From contig OZ024763.1 of assembly GCA_964016885.1 (NCBI GenBank), forward strand, positions 18,228,001-18,292,000: a DNA stretch of 64,000 bases, in the 5' to 3' direction. The DNA comes from Eledone cirrhosa. Taxonomy: Eukaryota. Within the stretch, counting starts at the first letter, position 1. Every line of letters begins with the position of its first letter. The notes below the pieces were generated by a model. That model was not told the DNA's origin. It did not search any database and saw only the letters and a list, made by a program, of their open reading frames with translations. The translations under genes were made by a program, and so were the position numbers. Shown one piece after another: positions 47,101 to 57,740 of the stretch.

Positions 47101-48919
47101 AAAGGATTAAGGGTTTTACTGCGAAAATACAACAGTATATATAGAGTAATGTAAAGGATTAAGGGTTTTACTGCGAAAATACAACAGTATATATTGAGTA
47201 ATGTAAAGGATTAAGGGTTTTACTGCGAAAATACAACAGTATATATTGAGTAATGTAAAGGATTAAGGGTTTTACTGCGAAAATACAACAGTATATATAG
47301 AGTAATGTAAAGGATTAAGGGTCTTCACCCTATTTTATAAGCTATATTCTAGCATCTCAGTGCGAATGAGGCCATCATTCTTTAGGTTATAAACAAAGTG
47401 TGAGATTACCTGAGAAGTAGAGTTAGAAAATGTAGAAGCAGTGGAAGAGGCAGGAGACAAATGGCCGCTGCTGACAGTTTGAGGGTATTTCATTCTCAAA
47501 AACACATCAAGACGTTCCAACTCCTGCTGAACGTAGAGTTTACACTTGTAACAGAGGTTGTAGATCTTCTCCAGGTGTTCTTTATAGTCGTTCACTTCAT
47601 TGTTGTAGTTGGACTAAAGAAAAACAGCAGTGGAAACAGAATATAATAATAATTGTTTCTACTTTTAGGCACAAGGCCAGCAATTACCCCAGTGCATTAC
47701 TGGTACTTTATTTTATCGACCCCGTAAGGATGAAAGGCAAAGTCAACCTCGGCGGGATTTGAACTCAGATCGTAAAGGGACGTAACTATGCTGGAAAGCA
47801 TGGCGTCCAACCCTCTGCCGATACTGCCAATCCACCGATAATAATAATTGTTTCTACTTTTGGCACAAGGCCAGTAATTTCCCAGTACATTACTGGTACT
47901 TTATTTTATCAACCCCGTAAGGATGAAAGGCAAAGTTAAGCTCGGCGGGATTTGAACTCGGATCCACCGATAATAATAATGATTTCTAGTATAGGCCCAA
48001 GGCCAGTAATTTTGGTGAGGAGAAAGTCGGTTAAATCAACCCCAGTGCATTACTGGTACTTTATTTTATCGACTCTGTAAGGATGAAAGGCAAAGTTAAC
48101 CTCGGTGGGATTTGAACTCAGGACGCAAAGGGCCGCAACTCTATGCTGCAAAGCATGGTGTCCGACCCTCTACCGATACTGCCAATCCTCCAAAGCAGGA
48201 AAATACAAGACTTACCTCAACAAACGGCCTAAAGACGGCCAACTGTTGTACTTTAAGAAGCTGCCTCTCATTACAGGCGGAACAGAGACCGTTTGATAAG
48301 GGAACCATCTTTTGTTTGGAACAGGAGATTGGGTAGTTAAGTTCTGTTGACCATTGGGCAGGTATTGGTTTGTTGTAATCTCCATCCTACAAACACACAA
48401 TAATAATAATAAAGGTTTATGATTTAGGCACAAGACCAACAATTTGGGGGGAGGGGAACATCGATTAAATTGACCCCATCTTACCAACACGGAAAAGTTG
48501 ATGTAAAAATGATGATATATATATATGCCATGTACATCCAGTTTACAATATGTATACAGTATCACTGACTGTCATAAGTGACTAAAAGGGTTATTGCCAG
48601 GAAAGGCATTTTAATGTAAAACATTGCCTCAAAAAGTCTCATCTAACCCATGTCAGCATGGAAAAGTAAACATAAAAACAATATTATGTACATGTGTCTC
48701 AGTTGCCAATATAAGCTTGTTTTTATTGACTTATATCGAGACAGACAAATTGTATTCACTTTAATTAGTTTATTTCATTAATAGCTGACTGTCTGTTGCA
48801 ATGCAAACAGGTTTTGTGTTTATCATATATTTTAATGTATTTAACTGCTCGGAAATGCCCCTTTCCTGGAGCTTAATTATTGTAAAGGACTGAGAGCTTA
48901 TTCTCAAAATATTATATAG

Positions 48920-48951
<32 letters not shown>

Positions 48952-49149
48952 TTGTTTACTTGTCTCACTCGCTTTACGCGTTTTAATTGTCCTAATAACT
49001 TATTTTAGTTATTATTGCGCCAACGTGAGGTATATGATTTTTAATGCAATGAAATACCTATGACCGTTGGTAAATCACTGATGAGGGACTCATTTTATAA
49101 CATGTTATCCATGTGCAACCATGCAGTATTCTTCTCCCCATTTTTTCAC

Positions 49150-49182
<33 letters not shown>

Positions 49183-49894
49183 GGTTGGCATTAGGAAGGG
49201 CATCCAGCTGTAGAAACCAAGCCAGAAACAATCCTGTATGAGCAAAACATGGTTCACTTGATCTGACTTGTCTCAACAGGATAACTCATCTAACCCATGC
49301 TTGCATGCAAAAATAGATGATACATAGATATGGAGGCACATGGCTTAGTGGTTAGAGCATTGGCTTTGCAATCGAAAGGTTGTGAGTTCAATTCTCAGAC
49401 CGGGTGATGTGTTGTTTCCTTGAGCAAGACACTTTATTTCACATTGCTCCAGTTTACTCAGCTGTAGAAATGAGATGATAGGGACTGGGGTCCCTATCAT
49501 TCCACTGCAAAGTGGTCGTGGAGGTGCCACGGGAAAAAAGCACCCAGCACTCACTGTAAAGTGGACGTGTAGGCGCCACGGAAAAAAAAAGCACCCAGTT
49601 GGTGTTAGGAAGAGCATCCAGCTGTAGAAATCAAGCCAGAATCAGTTCCCGTCCCCCCTTGCAAGCAGGGTAAAGCGGACATATGATGATGATGATGATA
49701 CATACACACACATGTATATATATATTGAAATAAAAGTTTGGTATAAATATGTAAGGGCAAGAGCACTCAGTCCATAGGATGAGTTTAGTATAAATAATTA
49801 CAAGTGACATATACGGGTATTAAGCTTCGTTGGTTATACACCCCAAATCATAACCCAACAAAACTTAAGTACCTTTAGATGTCATTGTTGTAAC

Positions 49895-49925
<31 letters not shown>

Positions 49926-52749
49926 GGAAAAATTAGCTTTTAAATCATTTTTAATTCGTTATACATGTTTCATATATAATTCTCTACATATATTTGAGCT
50001 TTGTATATATATATATATATACACCGTAAATGTGGTTGGTGTTAGGAAGGGTATCCAACCGTAGAAAACCTGCCAGACAGTCCTATACGAGAGAGACGAC
50101 CAATCTTGCCTCAAGTGGGATAACTCCCGTCTAAACCCATGCTAGCGTGGAAGATAGACGTTAAACAATGATGATGATGATAGACACACGTATGTATTCA
50201 TATAGACACACACTCACATTGTGTGTATCCCATACAACTGTAAAACATTGCCTCAAAGAGTCCCGTCCAGCCCATGCCAACAAAAGAATGGTGATGCCGA
50301 TGATGATTCTTCATCATCTTCGTTTAACGTCCATCTTCCACGCTAGCATGGGTTAGACGGGAGTTGTCCCACTTGAGGCAAGGTAAGTCGGGTGACTGTG
50401 TCTCGCTCATATAGGACTATCTGGCAGGTTTTCTACGGCTGGATGCCCTTCCTAACACCAACCACATTTACAGTGTGGAACTGGGAACTTTTTACTGTGT
50501 TTACCCACACAGCCACATTACAGCGTGGACTGTGTGTTTTTACCGTGTTACCTACACGGCCACATTACAGCGTGGACTGTGTGTTTTTACCGTGTTACCT
50601 ACACGGCCACATTACAGCGTGGACTGTGTGTTTTTACCGTGTTACCTACACGGCTACATTACAGCGTGGACTGTGTGTTTTTACCGTGTTACCTACACGG
50701 CCACATTACAGCGTGGACTGTGTGTTTTTACCGTGTTACCTACACGGCCACATTACAGCGTGGACTGTGTGTTTTTACCGTGTTACCTACACGGCCACAT
50801 TACAGCGTGGACTGTGTGTTTTTACCGTGTTACCTACACGGCCACATTACAGCGTGGACTGTGTGTTTTTTTGTCGTGACACCTACACGATCTCAATCTC
50901 ATTTATTTGGACTGGATGTTGTGGTACCAACGTTACAGAGAGAGAGTGGTGTTGGTGGGAGTGGGAGGATAAGGTAGGGGTAGTGGATTGGGGTGTATAT
51001 TTGGTTAAGAGGTACCTACTGACTGTAGGTTTCGCTTTGTACATAGGCAAGGAGGGTCTTCTGTATTACTGTGTAGCGCCAAAGATCTCGGTCCAGTGAC
51101 ATTGTCTTAGAGAGGTGCAAGTGTGTAAGGTCGGAATTTATCAGATCGTTCCAGGTTTTTCTGGGTCTACCTACTCCGTAACTAGCATCAATTTTGATCA
51201 CCCTGCACTTTTTTATATGCGCATCACGTGGCCATACCAACATACTCTTCTCTCAAGTAAATCTTACCGTTTTGAATCCATTGTACTGTTCACAGTAGGG
51301 ACAATCCCAACAATTGCGGTTTCCAAAGGGGACAGTGACTTTTTTACCACAAAACCAACAAACAACTCCAACGGGGAACTTGACCCTTAAAAATAAACAA
51401 AAAAGCAATAGGATTAATTCATTTAATGTGTGTATCTTGGTAAGTGCCCAGTCCACCTTGTAAAGTAGTCATTTTTGGAACCACGACATAAAGCACCTAG
51501 TCCACCCAGTAAAGTAGTTGTTTTGTAGCCATGACAAAAAGCACCCAATCCACACTGTAAAGTGGTTGTGTTGGTGCCACAAGCAAAAGCACCCAATCCA
51601 CACTGTAAAGCTGGTGCCACAAGCAAAAGCACCCAGTCAAGTGTTTGTGTTGTTTACACAATAAAACACACCCACTGTAAAGTGGTCATGGTGGTGACAA
51701 CAAAATGCCCCAGTCCACACTGTAAAGTGTCATGTTGGTTCCAAGACAAAAAGCTCCCAATCCACACTGCAAAGTGGTTGTGTAGGTGCCACAATAAAAA
51801 TAGCGCCCAGCTCACACTGTAAATGTGGTTGGTGTAAGAAAGGGCATCCAGCTGTGGAAACCAAGCCATAGACTCGCATAGATCAATGCCTTGCAAGTGA
51901 AATTTGGTAGACAGACATTACAGAAGCCCGTCGTGTTTGTGTGTGTGTGTATATATATATATATATACACACATAGCATGGTAGTGGTTAAGTTACTACT
52001 ATATATATATATATAAAACAAAGAAAGTGTGGTAAGATACCAGGTGGGCCATAACACACCAGAGTACTCAATACTTGGAGTAGTAGAGTGGGTAATAGGA
52101 AAAGAGTCAAGACCCCGACGGCTGAGCTCAGCCGTTGGGATCCAGTCTCTTTATATATATATATATATATATACTATATATATAGTATAATTAAAGTTTC
52201 ATACACTTTACTTGTATGCGCGACTTTAGGTTTTGGGGTCCAGTTATGGCCACCACTGGATCCCGAAATTTAAGGAACCACATACATGATAAGTGTATGA
52301 AACTTTATTTATATTAAATAAACTCTCTTGCAATAGATTGGGTATTATTTTCCTTGGCTTTTTATCTCCGTATATCCGACATAAATATATATATATATAT
52401 ATATATATGTAGATAAATCTACCAAAAGTTTACGGTAGTGTCCAATCCGTATCATTGTGATATGGATAATGGACAAGAGAAAGAGCTCAACTATTTGTAT
52501 ATGGAGTTATAAAGTCATACATATATATGTATATACATAAATATAAAATTTACACACATATACAATACAAAAATAAGAATATTTCCGTGAAAATAGGAGC
52601 AAATTATGTAGATAAATCTACCAAAAGTTTACGGTAGTGTCCAATCCGTATTCTAACACATATATGTCCTAGAAATGATCGTAAAATAATGAACTTTTTT
52701 TGTTTAATATAAGGAACTGTTTCTTTGTTTATTCATTATTTTTTTAATA

Positions 52750-52787
<38 letters not shown>

Positions 52788-53025
52788 ATGAGTTGACGGA
52801 CCCAGCATATTTATCAATGTCAGGACCGGTTGTACATCAGCGTACTCCATGGGGAATGTAAGATACATTCCCAGAGTATAGTTATTCGCTTCAATACAAC
52901 ACACGTAAAACGGGTGCCTATAATATATATATATGTATTTGCATTATGTATGTATATATCTAAAGCAGGGAAAAGCGGGCGTAAAATGATGATGATACAT
53001 GTGTGTGTGTATATATATGTAAATG

Positions 53026-53063
<38 letters not shown>

Positions 53064-53100
53064 TATATGTATGCGTGTGTGTATATACATGTAAATATGG

Positions 53101-53131
<31 letters not shown>

Positions 53132-53755
53132 TGTGTCTGTATGCGTCCGTGTCTGTTTACGTTTGTCTTTATATCCTGTATTTTAGTGGATCGACAAAGA
53201 CAGATCAATAAATAAAGCACCAAGATCAATTTGATGGGATTAAATCCCTTAAAATGTGACCACACTCCAGCATGATCGCAGTCAAATGACTGAAAGATAA
53301 GAACGTCCCAATACAAATGTCTCATGCGGTCCGTTCGTGTTGTTTTAAGGTGTTTATTATTTTTACAAAAACACTTGAGAGAATAAAAATATTTCAGCAT
53401 AATTTTTGTTTTATTCTCTCACATGAGACAATATTTAACGATAAATAGCAAAATATTAACATTAAAATGAAGCTTAATTTAATCTACAAGCAATCATTTG
53501 TAGTGTTGGTCTTAACACGACCTCGACACACGACAACACGTGTTGGCGCCAATTTGAAAAAAAAAATCAGAAATTGATAAATAAGTCAAAATCGAAGAGA
53601 ATATATCGATCAAATATTTCAACTGAAATGAAGTTTCAACAGCGATTGCCTTACCTAATTAGCTTAAATATTACGAGAGTACAACCAAAGGCAGCACTGC
53701 CGATAAGAAAGGCGGTCACCGACTGCAAATATATAAAATACTCCATTGCAGACAT
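29026..53755 (-). CDS. TMEM201: TMEM201 / Samp1 / Ima1-like inner nuclear membrane protein, 10 coding exons, 2172 nt CDS (~723 aa)
   Basis: Manual splicing of exons 53655-53755, 51268-51385, 48216-48386, 47410-47613, 42288-42532, 38437-38634, 35134-35720, 33578-33685, 31939-32193 and 29026-29210. All introns are GT-AG with matching phases. The protein has an N-terminal hydrophobic segment, an Ima1-type Zn-finger region with four CxxC (CWFC, CPYC, CSAC, CYKC) and '[25 protein letters not shown]', central TM segments, a Ser-rich region and a C-terminal TM helix. Confidence 0.93.
29894..30071. mobile_element. Tc1/pogo-like MITE (TA-CCGTATTTCC...GGAAATACGA-TA)
   Basis: Imperfect terminal inverted repeats with TA ends and an internal hairpin. 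Confidence 0.65.
31939..32193 (-). CDS. TMEM201: TMEM201 exon 9
   Basis: aatag| and |gtaagt; 255 nt open frame; phase 1-1. Confidence 0.83.
33578..33685 (-). CDS. TMEM201: TMEM201 exon 8 ([10 protein letters not shown]...DIAPARL...)
   Basis: ttccag| and |gtaagt; phase 1-1. Confidence 0.85.
35134..35720 (-). CDS. TMEM201: TMEM201 exon 7 (Ser/Pro-rich nucleoplasmic region)
   Basis: 587-nt open frame; ttttcag| and |gtaagt; phase 2-1. Confidence 0.9.
35788..38400. repeat. (TG)n-based minisatellite with TAAGTCTATACATG core (TMEM201 intron 6)
   Basis: Dozens of core copies separated by variable TG tracts. Confidence 0.95.
38437..38634 (-). CDS. TMEM201: TMEM201 exon 6 ([22 protein letters not shown]...)
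   Basis: ttacag| and |gtaagt; hydrophobic; phase 2-2. Confidence 0.88.
38670..39525 (-). repeat. Tandem array of five SINE-A copies (157-bp period, three with the same 36-bp deletion) plus an inverted head
   Basis: Starts at 38672, 38829, 38986, 39143 and 39336. Confidence 0.88.
39947..41165 (-). mobile_element. Hammerhead-bearing ~426-bp element: two tandem copies plus one inverted copy (TMEM201 intron 5)
   Basis: Direct repeats with 426-bp HHR-to-HHR spacing, inversion junction ~40769, (TA)n at the right flank. Confidence 0.85.
40641..40683 (-). ncRNA. Minimal type I hammerhead (copies: 40215-40257(-); core-mutated CGGACGA 40962-41004(+))
   Basis: ACGTTG-CTGACGA-t-AGCT-aata-AGCT-t-GAAA-CTAG-TA-CAGCGT; palindromic stem III ACTAGT; GUA triplet. 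Confidence 0.82.
42288..42532 (-). CDS. TMEM201: TMEM201 exon 5 (transmembrane segments)
   Basis: ttttcag|ATG acceptor, two hydrophobic stretches, AG|gtaaga donor in phase 2. Confidence 0.88.
42603..44773 (+). mobile_element. piggyBac-like MITE inflated to ~2.2 kb by an internal 60/72-bp satellite
   Basis: TTAACCCTTTAGCATT at 42603 and GCTAAAGGGTTAA at 44761-44773 bracket the array. Confidence 0.85.
44850..44962. repeat. ~110-bp fold-back hairpin (MITE-like)
   Basis: AAAAGAAGTTGCCAACAGCTGCTAT...ATAGCAGCTGTTGGCAACTTCTTTT. Confidence 0.8.
44975..46357 (-). mobile_element. Opposite-orientation copy of the satellite-inflated MITE (72-bp units; SINE-A inside)
   Basis: Reverse complement of the 42.6-44.6 kb units. 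Confidence 0.82.
46690..47325 (-). repeat. ~53-bp variant satellite of the same MITE end
   Basis: gagtaatgtaaaggattaagggttttactgcgaaaatacaacagtatatatt, about 10 copies. Confidence 0.88.
47410..47613 (-). CDS. TMEM201: TMEM201 exon 4 ([25 protein letters not shown]...)
   Basis: Fourth CxxC; tttag| and |gtaatc; 204 nt. Confidence 0.92.
48216..48386 (-). CDS. TMEM201: TMEM201 exon 3 ([12 protein letters not shown]...[24 protein letters not shown])
   Basis: Conserved [11 protein letters not shown] motif; gtag| and |gtaagt; 171 nt, phase 0-0. Confidence 0.95.
50513..50880. repeat. 47-bp minisatellite x8 inside a SINE/RTE-tail element
   Basis: ccacattacagcgtggactgtgtgtttttaccgtgttacctacacgg. Confidence 0.93.
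50995..51261 (-). mobile_element. RTE 3' fragment starting ~7 nt downstream of the exon 2 donor
   Basis: Homologous to 21598-21880 ([22 protein letters not shown]). Confidence 0.85.
51268..51385 (-). CDS. TMEM201: TMEM201 exon 2 ([12 protein letters not shown]...[12 protein letters not shown])
   Basis: Ima1 N-terminal CxxC motifs; ttaag| acceptor and |gtaaga donor. Confidence 0.95.
52184..52350. repeat. Fold-back element (TAAAGTTTCATACACTT...AAGTGTATGAAACTTTA); the same element at 10375-11230 is interrupted by MITE/SINE insertions
   Basis: Shared arms and 3' flank aaataaactctcttg.aatagattg. Confidence 0.7.
53655..53755 (-). CDS. TMEM201: TMEM201 exon 1 ([33 protein letters not shown])
   Basis: ATG at 53755, hydrophobic leader, donor AG|gtaagg in phase 2, matching exon 2. 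Confidence 0.85.
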
Positions 53756-53810
53756 GTCGGAAGTGTCGGCGTTTTCACCGGAAGTGACGTTAATCAATAT
53801 GGCAGATGAC
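53756..53810. promoter_or_regulatory. TMEM201 proximal promoter: two ETS sites (CGGAAGTG 53758-53765; CCGGAAGTGACGT ETS/CRE overlap 53778-53790) and YY1-like AATATGGCAG (53796-53805)
   Basis: Motifs typical of housekeeping promoters, in a locally CpG-rich patch directly upstream of the ATG. Confidence 0.6.
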
Positions 53811-54269
53811 CAGACCGGGCATTAAAAAGAATTTTTAATACTTTTTGCTCTTAAATATTTTTTCTGGTCGTCTTTAAAAAAAAGCTTATTTTCTTTGAAA
53901 AAAATTGTTACATACGCGATATATTGGCAGAAATATTTTTTCTTTTACAATCTAACTATAGCTAGTAAAATTTCATTTGACCACCGGTGAAGTTCTTATA
54001 TTTTGTCTGCTTTACGTTAGTTCCTACCAATAATTGACAAGACATCTCGAAATGAGAAAACGGAAATATTTTGTCACACTCACCGGATTAGGGTTAGAGT
54101 TAGCATTCATATAAATGTATAATATATATATATATATACATATATATATAATTGTTTCTACTTTTTGGCACAAGGCCAGCAATTCACCAGTGCATTACTG
54201 GTACTTTATTTTATCGACCCCGTAAGGATGAAAGGCAAAGTTAGTGTATATATATGTATATATCTGTGT

Positions 54270-54450
54270 GTGTGTTTTGTATAGAACAACGAAAAAGGGA
54301 CAGAAGTCAGAGGTGGGTAGTTAATTAGTTCATTGTTTTACGACCGTTTGAGGGTCTCGATCTTTCACGAACAATCGTAAAACAATGAACTACTTAACTA
54401 CCTACCTCTGACTTCTGTCCCCTTTTCATTGTTCTATGCACAAACACATA
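54270..54450. repeat. Fold-back element related to the 3' half of the 18.9-kb hammerhead-like motif
   Basis: Inverted arms; the minus strand reads GAAA-GATCG-agaccctcaaa-CGGTC-GTA-AAACAATGA. Confidence 0.65.
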
Positions 54451-54697
54451 TACGGCTCACAGCCCACACTGTAAAGATGGTTGGTATTAGGAAAGGCATC
54501 CAGCAGTAAAAGACCTGTCAGAGACACTTCCGTACGAGCGAGACACCGTCTCTCGACCATTCCCGCATCAAATGGAACAAAATCGTCTAACCCTTACTAG
54601 CGTGGAAGATGGATGTTAAACGATGATGATGATGATGATACATGCAGCATCATCATCATCGTTTAACGTCCATCTTCCACGCTAGTATGGGTTATAT

Positions 54698-54755
<58 letters not shown>

Positions 54756-54887
54756 CTCACACACACATACACCTATATATATATATATGTGTTTTGAGTT
54801 TATGTTGGTTGTATACCAACACTTCAGTATGCAGGCTGGAGCACTCGACGAAGTGCGCAGGTTGGTTTGGTTACTCCGGAGTAGTGT

Positions 54888-55235
54888 AAAATAAAGTTAC
54901 ATAAAAGTCAAATGATTAAAATTTAGCTTCGTTTATTACTGCTATATATATTTCAGTGACAGCCATCTTTGGCTGTGACCTCTTCAGGCAGTTTGAATTA
55001 GTATGGTAGTCATATGACTCCAGTTCCCCAGTGAATTAACAACCCAACAAGGAACTGGGCATATCAGAGTATTGACAATATCATACACCTAAACAACATA
55101 TGTACTTGTCTATACCATACTAATTCAAACTACCTGAAGAGGTCACAGCCAAAGATGGCTGTCACTGAAATATATATAGCAGTAATAAACGAAGCTAAAT
55201 TTTAATCATTTGACTTTTATTTAACTTTATTTTAT
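54888..55235. mobile_element. Inverted Penelope-like pLTR pair, each arm with a type I hammerhead
   Basis: ~122-bp arms around a ~100-bp spacer; HHRs at 54938-54992(-) and 55129-55183(+), each followed by AATAAA. Confidence 0.8.
54938..54992 (-). ncRNA. Type I hammerhead ribozyme motif (second copy 55129-55183, +)
   Basis: ACTGC-CTGAAGA-GGTcACAGCC-aaagat-GGCTGTcACT-GAAA-TATATA-TA-GCAGT. Confidence 0.83.
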
Positions 55236-55728
55236 ATATATATGTGTGTGTATGTGTATGTGTGTGTGTCCTTGCAGACGTAAAATGATGATGATATATA
55301 TTAGTATTACATTACAGCTTCGGATAATATGGTAGAGAGACAATATTCAAGAAATTAATGTGTTTGGATTGTCAAAGAATTGTAGGAATTTGGTTGCATT
55401 GTTTCCTGTAACACCATAAATGGAAGAATGTTATTAATAGCAGATCACCATGTAGACTAACAATAGAGAACAAATATTGTGAATAAGGCTCAAACAATGG
55501 GATATATATATATATTTTTTTTTTTTGGATCAATCGACTTTCGTCAAAACGGACCTAGGAAACAATGTTTCCATTGGTCTTTCCAATTACTATTACTATC
55601 TATCGGTCGCAACTCCAGGTAGAAGGAGCAACGAGAAATAAATTGTCTTGCTCAAGGACATAACGCATTGCCCAGTCCAGGAATCGAACTCACAACCTCA
55701 AGATTGTGAATCCAATTCTCTAACCACT

Positions 55729-56531
55729 CATTTTGTTCAACACTGACAAAGGAACGATGAACTAGTTTCAAGCTTATTAGCTATCGTCAGCATCGTATAA
55801 CTTCCTGTCAAATGATTGAACGTTTGAAAGTATATACTTTCCTTATGCATATTAACGGCTGAGTAGCCTAATTTGCATATCGAGTGAGTTAGGCGGCCGG
55901 GCATACCGAAAACGATAAATGGAAAAAATTAAATTTCATTTCTCACTCTTAATACGGCTAATACTCAAATATAAGTATGTATACGTACATGCATATATGT
56001 ATACAGACGTACAGTATTATGTATATATATACATACATGCACACATATATATATGTACGTATGGGTTTACCGAACATTTATTATAATGCTCGGTTTGTTT
56101 GTAAACAAACAGCCCGAATTATTAGCCGTACAGTGTTCAGCATGCAAATCACTCAATATGCAAATTAGGCTGCTCAGCCGTTAATATGCATAAGGAAAGT
56201 ATATACTTTCAAACATTCAATCAACTGACAGGAAGGTATACGGTGCTGATGACAGCTAATAAGCTAGAAACAGTTCATCGTTCCTTTGTCAGTGTTGAAC
56301 AAAATGGCAACGATGGTTGCTGAACACTGTACGGCTATAATTCAGGCTGTTTGTTTACAAACAAACCGAGCATTATAATAACTGTTTGGTAAACCCATAC
56401 GTACATATATATATATGTGTGTGCATGTATGTATGTATATACATACTACTGTACGTCTGTATACATACTTACATTTGAGTGAGTATCAGCCGTAGTAAGA
56501 GTGAGAAATAAAATTTCATTTTTTCCATTTA
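55729..56531. mobile_element. Diverged second locus of the 426-bp hammerhead element (direct plus inverted copy)
   Basis: Clear homology to 39947-41165; HHRs at 55754-55796(-) and 56240-56281(+). Confidence 0.83.
55754..55796 (-). ncRNA. Minimal type I hammerhead
   Basis: ACGATG-CTGACGA-t-AGCTaataAGCT-t-GAAA-CTAG-TT-CATCGT, with a fully Watson-Crick 6-bp stem I. Confidence 0.82.
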
Positions 56532-57195
56532 TATATATATATATATATAATGAAACAATTGTTAATACTGTAAATAAAACCCTTTTTGTACAGCCGACCA
56601 TGTTGTTCTTCACTCTGTCACTATATATATATATATAAACCCCAGATTGGAAAAAGGGTGAGCACTGATGTACATGGGACACAAACCCACATCTTTGGCT
56701 ATCATGAACACTGTTTTTATAACTCCAACTATTAATTTACTCAAAAATACGGTGGAAGCTCTATTTCACTATCTAATTTTCAAATTATTCACTGTTTGTA
56801 AAAAAAACTAATTTTCAAACCAACACTAAGCTCTGTATCTTATATATCATCATCTTCGTTTAATGTCCATCTTCCACGCTAGCATGAGTTAGACGGGAGT
56901 TGTCCCACTTGAGGCAAGGTTGGTCGGGCGACCGTATCTCGTTCATATAGGACTGCCTGGCAGCTTTTCTATGGCTGGATGCCCTTCCTAACACCAACCA
57001 CGTTTACAGTGTGGAACTGGCAACTTTTTACCGTGTTACCTACACGGCCACATTACAGCGTGGACTGTGTGTTTTTTGTCATGATACCTACACGATCTCG
57101 ATCTCATTTATCTCATTTATTTGGACTGGATGTTGTGGTACCAACTTTACAGAGAGGGGGTGGCATTCATCTACACCTAGTTTTCTAAGAGCCCA

Positions 57196-57256
<61 letters not shown>

Positions 57257-57357
57257 AGTTTATCCCAGGTTCAATCAGGGGTAACCAAAGCAGAGTATAA
57301 ATATTTAATATAGAAAAGGCTTCTACAGAACTAGAACTGTTTCATTCGGGAGAAATC

Positions 57358-57408
57358 GGCTTCCTGATGATTTCTCCCGAATGAAACAGTTCTAATCCTG
57401 TAGAAGCC
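57358..57408 (+). ncRNA. Type I hammerhead inside a fold-back element (57301-57425); degenerate relative at 59427-59550
   Basis: GGCTTC-CTGATGA-t-TTC-tccc-GAA-t-GAAA-CAG-ttctaatc-CTG-TA-GAAGCC. Confidence 0.78.
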
Positions 57409-57596
57409 TTTTCTATATTAAATATATATATATATATATACATACACATATATATATATATAAATCCATAGAGCAAATATATAGCAAATATATATATATA
57501 TAATAATGATTATTTACTTTTATCATCTGTCTCATTGTTTGTTCTTCATCTTGCTATGTTCTTGGTCTTTCTTTATTGTTTATTTTCTCACTAGTT

Positions 57597-57740
57597 TATC
57601 TTGGATTACTGTAAGTTCTCTTGAATCTTGGGTCACTGTAATGCCTCTTGAATCTCATATCACTGTAAGGTCTCTTGAATCTTGGGTCACGGTAAGGTCT
57701 CTTAAACCTTGGATCACTGTATGGCCTCTTTATCTTTGGT
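57597..57740. repeat. 27-bp minisatellite x5
   Basis: tcttgggtcactgtaaggtctcttgaa variants. Confidence 0.8.

Noticed and set aside
52184-52320. Fold-back with GAAAC as a hammerhead
   Set aside because: No CUGANGA half in either copy (10375 or 52184).
53574-53825. Plus-strand 83-aa ORF or divergent gene start at ATGGCAGATGAC
   Set aside because: Antisense to TMEM201 exon 1; the ATG at 53799 hits a stop after 8 codons with no splice donor.
54087-54104. TTAGGG-like telomeric seed
   Set aside because: Only one perfect and two degenerate units.
54790-54825. Minus-strand CTGAAG-GTTGG/CCAAC-TAAAC motif
   Set aside because: Two core defects and no stem I; too degenerate to call.
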